From positions 1 through 60,290 of the forward strand of contig JBHGNT010000176.1 of NCBI GenBank assembly GCA_043228905.1: DNA of 60,290 bases, given 5' to 3'. The notes under the pieces were generated by a model. The model saw nothing but the letters and a program-made list of their open reading frames with translations. It was not told the DNA's origin and ran no database searches. Each line of letters opens with the position of its first letter. Position 1 is the first letter of the stretch. Origin of the DNA: Azolla caroliniana. Lineage: Eukaryota > Plantae > Polypodiophyta. A program made the translations under genes and the position numbers. Positions 14,670-26,794 of the stretch are shown here, piece after piece.

Positions 14670-17600
14670 TCGATTCGCATGTTTGAACACAAAAATCCGA
14701 TATCACACGAGCCAGGTATGAACATTTTAATTTACTCAAGGGTTTCTCTCAACTCACTCCTCAAATTTGGTAATCTCATCATGTCTCTCGACCTGAGTTT
14801 CAAAATCTTGATTTTTTAATTCCATATCATAGCTAGCGTTGTTAGCTTCGATTCGCATGTTTGAACACAAAAATCCGATATCACACGAGCCAGGTATGAA
14901 CATTTTAATTTAAGTCATAGCTCTTTTTAACTCACTCCTCAAATTTGGTATTTTCGTCATGTCCCTCGACCTGAGTTTCAAAATCTTGATTTTTTAATTC
15001 CATATCATAGCTAACGTTGTTAGCTTCGATTCGCATGTTTGAACACAAAAATCCGATATCACACGAGCCAGGTATGAACATTTTAATTTACTCAAGGGTT
15101 TCTCTCAACTCACTCCTCAAATTTGGTAATCTCATCATGTCTCTCGACCTGAGTTTCAAAATCGTGATTTTTTAATTCCATATCATAGCTAGCGTTATTA
15201 GCTTCGATTCGCATGTTTGAAAACAAAAATCCGATATCACACGAACCAGGTATGAACATTTTAATTTACTCAAGGGCTTCTCTCAACTCACTCCTCAAAT
15301 TTGGTAATCTCATCATGTCTCTCGACCTGAGTTTCAAAATCTTGATTTTTAATTCCATATCATAGCTGGCGTTGTTAGCTTCGATTCGCATGTTTGAACA
15401 CAAAAATCCGATATCACACGAGCCAGGTATGAACATTTTAATTTACTCAAGGGTTTCTCTCAACTCACTCCTCAAATTTGGTAATCTCATCATGTCTCTC
15501 GACCTGAGTTTCAAAATCTTGATTTTTTAATTCCATATCATAGCTAGCGTTGTTAGCTTCGATTCGCATGTTTGAACACAAAAATCCGATATCACACGAG
15601 CCAGGTATGAACATTTTAATTTAAGTCATAGCTCTTTTTAACTCACTCCTCAAATTTGGTATTTTCGTCATGTCCCTCGACCTGAGTTTCAAAATCTTGA
15701 TTTTTTAATTCCATATCATAGCTAACGTTGTTAGCTTCGATTCGCATGTTTGAACACAAAAATCCGATATCACACGAGCCAGGTATGAACATTTTAATTT
15801 ACTCAAGGGCTTCTCTCAACTCACTCCTCAAATTTGGTAATCTCATCATGTCTCTCGACCTGAGTTTCAAAATCTTGATTTTTTAATTCCATATCATAGC
15901 TAGCGTTGTTAGCTTCGATTCGCATGTTTGAACACAAAAATCCGATATCACACGAGCCAGGTATGAACATTTTAATTTACTCAAGGGCTTCTCTCAACTC
16001 ACTCCTCAAATTTGGTAATCTCATCATGTCTCTCGACCTGAGTTTCAAAATGTTGATTTTTTAATTCCATACCATAGCTAGCGTTGTTAGCTTCGATTCG
16101 CATGTTTGAACACAAAAATCCGATATCACACGAGCCAGGTATGAACATTTTAATTTACTCAAGGGTTTCTCTCAACTCACTCCTCAAATTTGGTAATCTC
16201 ATCATGTCTCTCGACCTGAGTTTCAAAATCTTGATTTTTTAATTCCATATCATAGCTAGCGTTGTTAGCTTCGATTCGCATGTTTGAACACAAAAATCCG
16301 ATATCACACGAGCCAGGTATGAACATTTTAATTTAAGTCATAGCTCTTTTTAACTCACTCCTCAAATTTGGTATTTTCGTCATGTCCCTCGACCTGAGTT
16401 TCAAAATCTTGATTTTTTAATTCCATATCATAGCTAACGTTGTTAGCTTCGATTCGCATGTTTGAACACAAAAATCCGATATCACACGAGCCAGGTATGA
16501 ACATTTTAATTTACTCAAGGGCTTCTCTCAACTCACTCCTCAAATTTGGTAATCTCATCATGTCTCTCGACCTGAGTTTCAAAATCTTGATTTTTTAATT
16601 CCATATCATAGCTAGCGTTGTTAGCTTCGATTCGCATGTTTGAACACAAAAATCCGATATCACACGAGCCAGGTATGAACATTTTAATTTACTCAAGGGC
16701 TTCTCTCAACTCACTCCTCAAATTTGGTAATCTCATCATGTCTCTCGACCTGAGTTTCAAAATGTTGATTTTTTAATTCCATACCATAGCTAGCGTTGTT
16801 AGCTTCGATTCGCATGTTTGAACACAAAAATCCGATATCACACGAGCCAGGTATGAACATTTTAATTTACTCAAGGGCTTCTCTCAACTCACTCCTCAAA
16901 TTTGGTATTTTCGTCATGTCTCTCGACCTGAGTTTCAAAATCGTGATTTTCTAATTCCATATCATAGCTAGCGTTATTAGCTTCGATTCGCATGTTTGAA
17001 CACAAAAATCCGATATCACACGAGCCAGGTATGAACATTTTAATTTACTCAAGGGCTTCTCTCAACTCACTCCTCAAATTTGGTAATCTCATCATGTCTC
17101 TCGACCTGAGTTTCAAAATCTTGATTTTTTAATTCCATATGATAGCTAGCGTTGTTAGCTTCGATTCGCATGTTTGAACACAAAAATCCAATATCACACG
17201 AGCCAGGTATGAACATTTTGATTTACCTCATAGCTCTTCTCAACTCACTCCTCAAATTTGGTAATCTCATCATGTCTCTCGACCTGAGTTTCAAAATCTT
17301 GATTTTCTAATTCCATATCATAGCTAGCGTTGTTAGGTTCGATTCGCATGTTTGAACACAAAAATCCGATATCACACGAGCCAGGTATGAACATTTTAAT
17401 TTACTCAAGGGTTTCTCTCAACTCACTCCTCAAATTTGGTAATCTCATCATGTCTCTCGACCTGAGTTTCAAAATCTTGATTTTTTAATTCCATATCATA
17501 GCTAGCGTTGTTAGCTTCGATTCGCATGTTTGAACACAAAAATCCGATATCACACGAGCCAGGTATGAACATTTTAATTTAAGTCATAGCTCTTTTTAAC

Positions 17601-19975
17601 TCACTCCTCAAATTTGGTATTTTCGTCATGTCCCTCGACCTGAGTTTCAAAATCTTGATTTTTTAATTCCATATCATAGCTAACGTTGTTAGCTTCGATT
17701 CGCATGTTTGAACACAAAAATCCGATATCACACGAGCCAGGTATGAACATTTTAATTTACTCAAGGGTTTCTCTCAACTCACTCCTCAAATTTGGTAATC
17801 TCATCATGTCTCTCGACCTGAGTTTCAAAATCGTGATTTTTTAATTCCATATCATAGCTAGCGTTATTAGCTTCGATTCGCATGTTTGAAAACAAAAATC
17901 CGATATCACACGAACCAGGTATGAACATTTTAATTTACTCAAGGGCTTCTCTCAACTCACTCCTCAAATTTGGTAATCTCATCATGTCTCTCGACCTGAG
18001 TTTCAAAATCTTGATTTTTAATTCCATATCATAGCTGGCGTTGTTAGCTTCGATTCGCATGTTTGAACACAAAAATCCGATATCACACGAGCCAGGTATG
18101 AACATTTTAATTTACTCAAGGGTTTCTCTCAACTCACTCCTCAAATTTGGTAATCTCATCATGTCTCTCGACCTGAGTTTCAAAATCTTGATTTTTTAAT
18201 TCCATATCATAGCTAGCGTTGTTAGCTTCGATTCGCATGTTTGAACACAAAAATCCGATATCACACGAGCCAGGTATGAACATTTTAATTTAAGTCATAG
18301 CTCTTTTTAACTCACTCCTCAAATTTGGTATTTTCGTCATGTCCCTCGACCTGAGTTTCAAAATCTTGATTTTTTAATTCCATATCATAGCTAACGTTGT
18401 TAGCTTCGATTCGCATGTTTGAACACAAAAATCCGATATCACACGAGCCAGGTATGAACATTTTAATTTACTCAAGGGCTTCTCTCAACTCACTCCTCAA
18501 ATTTGGTAATCTCATCATGTCTCTCGACCTGAGTTTCAAAATCTTGATTTTTTAATTCCATATCATAGCTAGCGTTGTTAGCTTCGATTCGCATGTTTGA
18601 ACACAAAAATCCGATATCACACGAGCCAGGTATGAACATTTTAATTTACTCAAGGGCTTCTCTCAACTCACTCCTCAAATTTGGTAATCTCATCATGTCT
18701 CTCGACCTGAGTTTCAAAATGTTGATTTTTTAATTCCATACCATAGCTAGCGTTGTTAGCTTCGATTCGCATGTTTGAACACAAAAATCCGATATCACAC
18801 GAGCCAGGTATGAACATTTTAATTTACTCAAGGGTTTCTCTCAACTCACTCCTCAAATTTGGTAATCTCATCATGTCTCTCGACCTGAGTTTCAAAATCT
18901 TGATTTTTTAATTCCATATCATAGCTAGCGTTGTTAGCTTCGATTCGCATGTTTGAACACAAAAATCCGATATCACACGAGCCAGGTATGAACATTTTAA
19001 TTTAAGTCATAGCTCTTTTTAACTCACTCCTCAAATTTGGTATTTTCGTCATGTCCCTCGACCTGAGTTTCAAAATCTTGATTTTTTAATTCCATATCAT
19101 AGCTAACGTTGTTAGCTTCGATTCGCATGTTTGAACACAAAAATCCGATATCACACGAGCCAGGTATGAACATTTTAATTTACTCAAGGGCTTCTCTCAA
19201 CTCACTCCTCAAATTTGGTAATCTCATCATGTCTCTCGACCTGAGTTTCAAAATCTTGATTTTTTAATTCCATATCATAGCTAGCGTTGTTAGCTTCGAT
19301 TCGCATGTTTGAACACAAAAATCCGATATCACACGAGCCAGGTATGAACATTTTAATTTACTCAAGGGCTTCTCTCAACTCACTCCTCAAATTTGGTAAT
19401 CTCATCATGTCTCTCGACCTGAGTTTCAAAATGTTGATTTTTTAATTCCATACCATAGCTAGCGTTGTTAGCTTCGATTCGCATGTTTGAACACAAAAAT
19501 CCGATATCACACGAGCCAGGTATGAACATTTTAATTTACTCAAGGGCTTCTCTCAACTCACTCCTCAAATTTGGTATTTTCGTCATGTCTCTCGACCTGA
19601 GTTTCAAAATCGTGATTTTCTAATTCCATATCATAGCTAGCGTTATTAGCTTCGATTCGCATGTTTGAACACAAAAATCCGATATCACACGAGCCAGGTA
19701 TGAACATTTTAATTTACTCAAGGGCTTCTCTCAACTCACTCCTCAAATTTGGTAATCTCATCATGTCTCTCGACCTGAGTTTCAAAATCTTGATTTTTTA
19801 ATTCCATATGATAGCTAGCGTTGTTAGCTTCGATTCGCATGTTTGAACACAAAAATCCAATATCACACGAGCCAGGTATGAACATTTTGATTTACCTCAT
19901 AGCTCTTCTCAACTCACTCCTCAAATTTGGTAATCTCATCATGTCTCTCGACCTGAGTTTCAAAATCTTGATTTT
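14670..19975. repeat. Tandem duplication of a 15-monomer block (period 2669 bp) with nested 4-mers (711-712 bp)
   Basis: ACGAACCAGG 15241/17910 and CAAAAATCCAAT 17181/19850. The nested marker GCTAACG occurs at 15010, 15721 and 16433. Confidence 0.88.
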
Positions 19976-22900
19976 TTAATTCCATATCATAGCTAGCGTT
20001 GTTAGCTTCGATTCGCATGTTTGAACACAAAAATCCGATATCACACGAGCCAGGTATGAACATTTTAATTTACTCAAGGGCTTCTCTCAACTCACTCCTC
20101 AAATTTGGTAATCTCATCATGTCTCTCGACCTGAGTTTCAAAATGTTGATTTTTTAATTCCATACCATAGCTAGCGTTGTTAGCTTCGATTCGCATGTTT
20201 GAACACAAAAATCCGATATCACACGAGCCAGGTATGAACATTTTAATTTACTCAAGGGCTTCTCTCAACTCACTCCTCAAATTTGGTATTTTCGTCATGT
20301 CTCTCGACCTGAGTTTCAAAATCGTGATTTTCTAATTCCATATCATAGCTAGCGTTATTAGCTTCGATTCGCATGTTTGAACACAAAAATCCGATATCAC
20401 ACGAGCCAGGTATGAACATTTTAATTTACTCAAGGGCTTCTCTCAACTCACTCCTCAAATTTGGTAATCTCATCATGTCTCTCGACCTGAGTTTCAAAAT
20501 CTTGATTTTTTAATTCCATATGATAGCTAGCGTTGTTAGCTTCGATTCGCATGTTTGAACACAAAAATCCGATATCACACGAGCCAGGTATGAACATTTT
20601 GATTTACCTCATAGCTCTTCTCAACTCACTCCTCAAATTTGGTAATTTCGTCATGGCTCTCGACCTGAGTTTCAAAATCTTGATTTTTTAATTCCATATC
20701 ATAGCTAGCGTTGTTAGCTTCGATTCGCATGTTTGAACACAAAAATCCGATATCACACGAGCCAGGTATGAACATTTTAATTTAATCAAGGGCATCTCTC
20801 AACTCACTCCTCAAATTTGGTAATCTCATCATGTCTCTCGACCTGAGTTTCAAAATCTTGATTTTTTAATTCCATATCATAGTTAGCGTTGTTAGCTTCG
20901 ATTCGCATGTTTGAACACAAAAATCCGATATCACACGAGCCAGGTATGAACATTTTAATTTAACTCATAGCTCTTTTTAACTCACACCTCAAATTTGGTA
21001 TTTTCGTCATGTCCCTCGACCTGAGTTTCAAAATCTTGATTTTTTAATTCCATATGATAGCTAGCGTTGTTAGCTTCGATTCGCATGTTTGAACACAAAA
21101 ATCCGATATCACACGAGCCAGGTATGAAGATTTTAATTTACTCAAGGGCTTCTCTCAACTCACTCCTCAAATTTGGTAATCTCATCATGTCTCTCGACCT
21201 GAGTTTCAAAATCTTGATTTTTTAATTCCATATCATAGCTAGCGTTGTTAGCTTCGATTCGCATGTTTGAACACTAAAATCCGATATCACACGAGCCAGG
21301 TATGAACATTTTAATTTACTCAAGGGCTTCTCTCAACTCACTCCTCAAATTTGGTAATCTCATCATGTCTCTCGACCTGAGTTTCAAAATGTTGATTTTT
21401 TAATTCCATACCATAGCTAGCGTTGTTAGCTTCGATTCGCATGTTTGAACACAAAAATCCGATATCACACGAGCCAGGTATGAACATTTTAATTTACTCA
21501 AGGGCTTCTCTCAACTCACTCCTCAAATTTGGTATTTTCGTCATGTCTCTCGACCTGAGTTTCAAAATCGTGATTTTCTAATTCCATATCATAGCTAGCG
21601 TTATTAGCTTCGATTCGCATGTTTGAACACAAAAATCCGATATCACACGAGCCAGGTATGAACATTTTAATTTACTCAAGGGCTTCTCTCAACTCACTCC
21701 TCAAATTTGGTAATCTCATCATGTCTCTCGACCTGAGTTTCAAAATCTTGATTTTTTAATTCCATATGATAGCTAGCGTTGTTAGCTTCGATTCGCATGT
21801 TTGAACACAAAAATCCGATATCACACGAGCCAGGTATGAACATTTTGATTTACCTCATAGCTCTTCTCAACTCACTCCTCAAATTTGGTAATTTCGTCAT
21901 GGCTCTCGACCTGAGTTTCAAAATCTTGATTTTTTAATTCCATATCATAGCTGGCATTGTTAGCTTCGATTCGCATGTTTGAACACAAAAATCCGATATC
22001 ACACGAGCCAGGTATGAACATTTTGATTTACCTCATAGCTCTTCTCAACTCACTCCTCAAATTTGGTAATTTCGTCATGGCTCTCAACCTGAGTTTCAAA
22101 ATCTTGATTTTTTAATTCCATATCATAGCTAGCGTTGTTAGCTTCGATTCGCATGTTTGAACACAAAAATCCGATATCACACGAGCCAGGTATGAACATT
22201 TTAATTTAACTCATAGCTCTTCTTAACTCACTCCTCAAATTTGGTAATCTCATCATGTCTCTCGACCTGAGTTTCAAAATCTTGATTTTTTAATTCCATA
22301 TCATAGCTAGCGTTGTTAGCTTCGATTCGCATGTTTGAACACAAAAATCCGATATCACACGAGCCAGGTATGAACATTTTGATTTACCTCATAGCTCTTC
22401 TCAACTCACTCCTCAAATTTGGTAATTTAGTCATGGCTCTCGACCTGAGTTTCAAAATCTTGATTTTTTAACTCCATATCATAGCTAGCATTGTTAGCTT
22501 CGATTCGCATGTTTGAACACAAAAATCCGATATCACACGAGCCAGGTATGAACATTTTAATTTACCGCATAGCTATTCTCAACTCACTCCTCAAATTTGG
22601 TAATCTCATCATGTCTCCCGACCTGAGTTTCAAAATCTTAATTTTTTAACTCCATATCATAGCTAGCGTTGTTAGCTTCTATTCGCATGTTTGAACACAA
22701 AAATCCGATATCACACGAGCCAAGTATGAACATTTTAATTTACTCAAGGGCTTCTCTCAACTCACTCCTTAAATTTGGTAATTTTGTCATGTCTCTCGAC
22801 CTGAGTTTCAAAATCTTGATTTTTTAATTCCATATCATAGCTAGCGTTGTTAGCTTCGATTCGCATGTTTGAACACAAAAATCCGATATCACACGAGCCA

Positions 22901-24440
22901 AGTATGAACATTTTAATTTACTCAAGGGCTTCTCTCAACTCAATTCTCAAATTTGGTAATCTCATCATGGCTCTCGACCTGAGTTTCAAAATCATGATTT
23001 TTTAATTCCATATCATAGCTAGCATTGTTAGCTTCGATTCGCATGTTTGAACACAAAAATCCGATATCACACGAGCCAGGTATGAACATTTTAATTTACT
23101 CAAGGGCTTCTCTCAACTCACTCCTCAAATTTGGTAATAACGTCATGTCTCGCGACCTGAGTTTCAAAATCTTGATTTTTTAATTACATATCATAGCTAG
23201 CGTTGTTAGCTTCGATTCGCATGTTTGAACACGAAAATCCGATATCACACGAGCCAGGTATGAACATTTTGATTTACCTCATAGCTCTTCTCAACTCACT
23301 CCTCAAATTTGATAATCTCATCATGTCTCTCGACCTGAGTTTCAAAATCTTGATTTTTTAATTCCATATCATAGTTAGCGTTGTTAGCTTCGATTCGCAT
23401 GTTTGAACACAAAAATCCGATATCACACGAGCCAGGTATGAACATTTTAATTTACTCAAGGGCTTCTCTCAACTCACTCCTCAAATTTGGTAATCTCATC
23501 ATGTCTCTCGACCTGAGTTTCAAAATCTTGATTTTTTAATTACATATGATAGCTAGCGTTGTTAGCTTCGATTCGCATGTTTGAACACAAAAATCCGATA
23601 TCACACGAGCCAGGTATGAACATTTTAATTTACTCAAGGGCTTCTCTCAACTCACTCCTCAAATTTGGTAATCTCATCATGTCTCTCGACCTGAGTTTCA
23701 AAATCTTGATTCTATAATTCCATATCATAGCTAGCATTGTTAGCTTCGATTCGCATGTTTGAACACAAAAATCCGATATCACACGAGCCAGGTATGAACA
23801 TTTTAATTTAGTCAAGGGCTTCTCTCAACTCACTCCTCAAATTTGGTAATAACGTCATCTCTCGCTACCTGAGTTTCAAAATCTTGATTTTTTAATTCCA
23901 TATCATAGCTAGCGTTGTTAGCTTCGATTCGCATGTTTGAACACAAAAATCCGATATCACACGAGCCAGGTATGAACATTTTAATTTACCTCATAGCTCT
24001 TCTCAACTCACTCCTCAAATTTGGTAATCTCATCATGTCTCTCGACCTGAGTTTCAAAATCTTGATTTTTTAACTCCATATCATAGCTAGCATTGTTAGC
24101 TTCGATTCGCATGTTTGAACACAAAAATCCGATATCACACGAGCCAGGTATGAACATTTTAATTTACTCAAGGGCTCTTCTTAACTCACTCCTCAAATTT
24201 GGTATTTTCGTCATGTCTCTCGACCTGAGTTTAAAAATCTTGATTTTTTAATTCCATATCATAGCTAGCGTAGTTAGCTTCGATTCGCATGTTTGAACAC
24301 AAAAATTCGATATCACACGAGCCAGGTATGAACATTTTAATTTACCGCATAGCTATTCTCAACTCACTCCTCAAATTTGGTAATCTCATCATGTCTCTCG
24401 ACCTGAGTTTCAAAATCTTGATTTTTTAATTCCATATCAT

Positions 24441-24452
24441 AACCCTAAACCC
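24441..24452 (-). repeat. Short telomeric insert AACCCTAAACCC (GGGTTTAGGGTT on minus strand) at a deletion junction
   Basis: Sequence reads ...CCATATCAT-AACCCTAAACCC-AGTCCTCAAA..., a perfect 12-nt match to (CCCTAAA)n. Monomer starts 24304 and 24569 are 265 bp apart (356 - 91). Confidence 0.85.
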
Positions 24453-26526
24453 AGTCCTCAAATTTGGTAATCTCATCATGTCTCTCGACCTGAGTTTCAA
24501 AATCTTGATTTTTTAATTCCATATCATAGCTAGCGTAGTTAGCTTCGATTCGCATGTTTAAACACAAAAATTCGATATCACACGAGCCAGGTATGAACAT
24601 TTTAATTTACCGCATAGCTCTTCTCAACTCACTCCTCAAATTTGGTAATCTCGTCATGTCTCCCGACCTGAGTTTCAAAATCTTGATTTTTTAACTCCAT
24701 ATCATAGCTAGCGTTGTTAGCTTCTATTCGCATGTTTGAACACAAAAGTCCGATATCACACGAGCCAAGTATGAACATTTTAATTTACTCAAGGGCTTCT
24801 CTCAACTCACTCCTTAAATTTGGTAATTTTGTCATGTCTCTCGACCTGAGTTTCAAAATCTTGATTTTTTAATTCGATATCATAGCTAGCGTTGTTAGCT
24901 TCGATTCGCATGTTTGAACACAAAAATCCGATATCACACGAGCCAGGTATGAATATTTTAATTTACTCAAGGGCTTCTCTCAACTCAGTTCTCAAATTTG
25001 GTAATCTCATCATGTCTCTCGACCTGAGTTTTAAAATCTTGATTTTTTAATTCCATATCATAGCTAGCGTTGTTAGCTTCTATTCGCATGTTTGAACACA
25101 AAAATCCGATATCACACGAGCCAAGTATGAACATTTTAATTTACTCAAGGGCTTCTCTCAACTCACTCCTCAAATTTGGTAATTCTGTCATGTCTCGCGA
25201 CCTGAGTTTCAAAATCTTGATTTTTTAACTCCATATCATAGCTAGCATTGTTAGCTTCGATTCGCATGTTTGAACACAAAAATCTGATATCACACGAGCC
25301 AGGTATGAACATTTTAATTTACTCAAGGGCTTCTCTCAACTCACTCCTCAAATTTGGTAATCTCATCATGTCTCTCGACCTGAGTTTCAAAATCTTGATT
25401 TTTTAATTCCATATCATAGCTAGCGTTGTTAGCTTCTATTCGCATTTTTGAACACAAAATTCCGATATCACACGAGCCAAGTATGAACATTTTAATTTAC
25501 TCAAGGGCTTCTCTCAACTCACTCCTCAAATTTGGTAATTTTGTCATGTCTCGCGACCTGAGTTTCAAAATCTTGATTTTTTAATTCCATATCATAGCTA
25601 GCGTTGTTAGCTTCTATTCGCATTTTTGAACACAAAATTCCGATATCACACGAGCCAAGTATGAACATTTTAATTTACTCAAGGGCTTCTCTCAACTCAC
25701 TCCTCAAATTTGGTAATTTTGTCATGTCTCGCGACCTGAGTTTCAAAATCTTGATTTTTTAATTCCATATCATAGCTGGCATTGTTAGCTTCGATTCGCA
25801 TGTTTGAACACAAAAATCCGATATCACACGAGCCAGGTATGAAAATTTTAATTTACTCAACGGCTTCTCTCAACTCAGTCCTCAAATTTGGTAATCTCAT
25901 CATGTCTCTCGACCTGAGTTTCAAAATCTTGATTTTTTAATTCCATATCATAGCTAGCGTACTTAGCTTCGATTCGCATGTTTAAACAAAAAAATTCGAT
26001 ATCACATGAGCCAGGTATGAACATTTTAATTTACCGCATAGCTCTTCTCAACTCACTCCTCAAATTTGGTAATCTCGTCATGTCTCTCGACCTGAGTTTC
26101 AAAATCTTCATTTTTTAATTCCATATCATAGCTAGCGTTGTTAGCTTCGATTCGCATGTTTGAACACAAAAATCCGATATCACACGAGCCAGGTATGAAC
26201 ATTTTTATTTACTCAAGGGCTTCTCTCAACTCACTCCTCAAATTTGGTAATCTCATCATGTCTCTCGACCTGAGTTTCAAAATCTTGATTTTTTAATTCT
26301 ATATCATAGCTAGCGTGGTTAGCTTCGATTCGCATGTTTGAACACAAAAATCCGATATCACACGAGCCAAGTATGAACATTTTAATTTACTCAAGGGCTT
26401 CTCTCAACTCACTCCTCAAATTTGGTAATCTCATCATGTCTCTCGACCTGAGTTTCAAAATCTTGATTTTTTAATTCCATATCATAGCTAGCGTAGTTAG
26501 CTTCGATTTGCATGTTTGAACACAAA

Positions 26527-26794
26527 AATCCGATATCACACGAGCCAGGTATGAACATTTTAATTTACTCAAGGGTTTCTCTCAACTCACTCCTCAAATT
26601 TGGTAATCTCATCATGTCTCTCGACCTGAGTTTCAAAATCTTGATTTTTTAATTCGATATCATAGCTCTTCTCAACTCACTCCTCAAATTTGGTAATTTC
26701 GTCATGTCTCGCGACCTGAGTTTCAAAATCTTGATTTTTTAACTCCATATCATAGCTAGCATTGTTAGCTTCGATTCGCATGTTTGAACACAAA
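26527..26794. repeat. Fused dimer with 88-bp microhomology-type deletion
   Basis: ATATCATAGCT (positions 131-141) continues directly as CTTCTCAACTC (position 52 onward of the B-type box). The unit spans 268 bp instead of 356. Confidence 0.9.
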
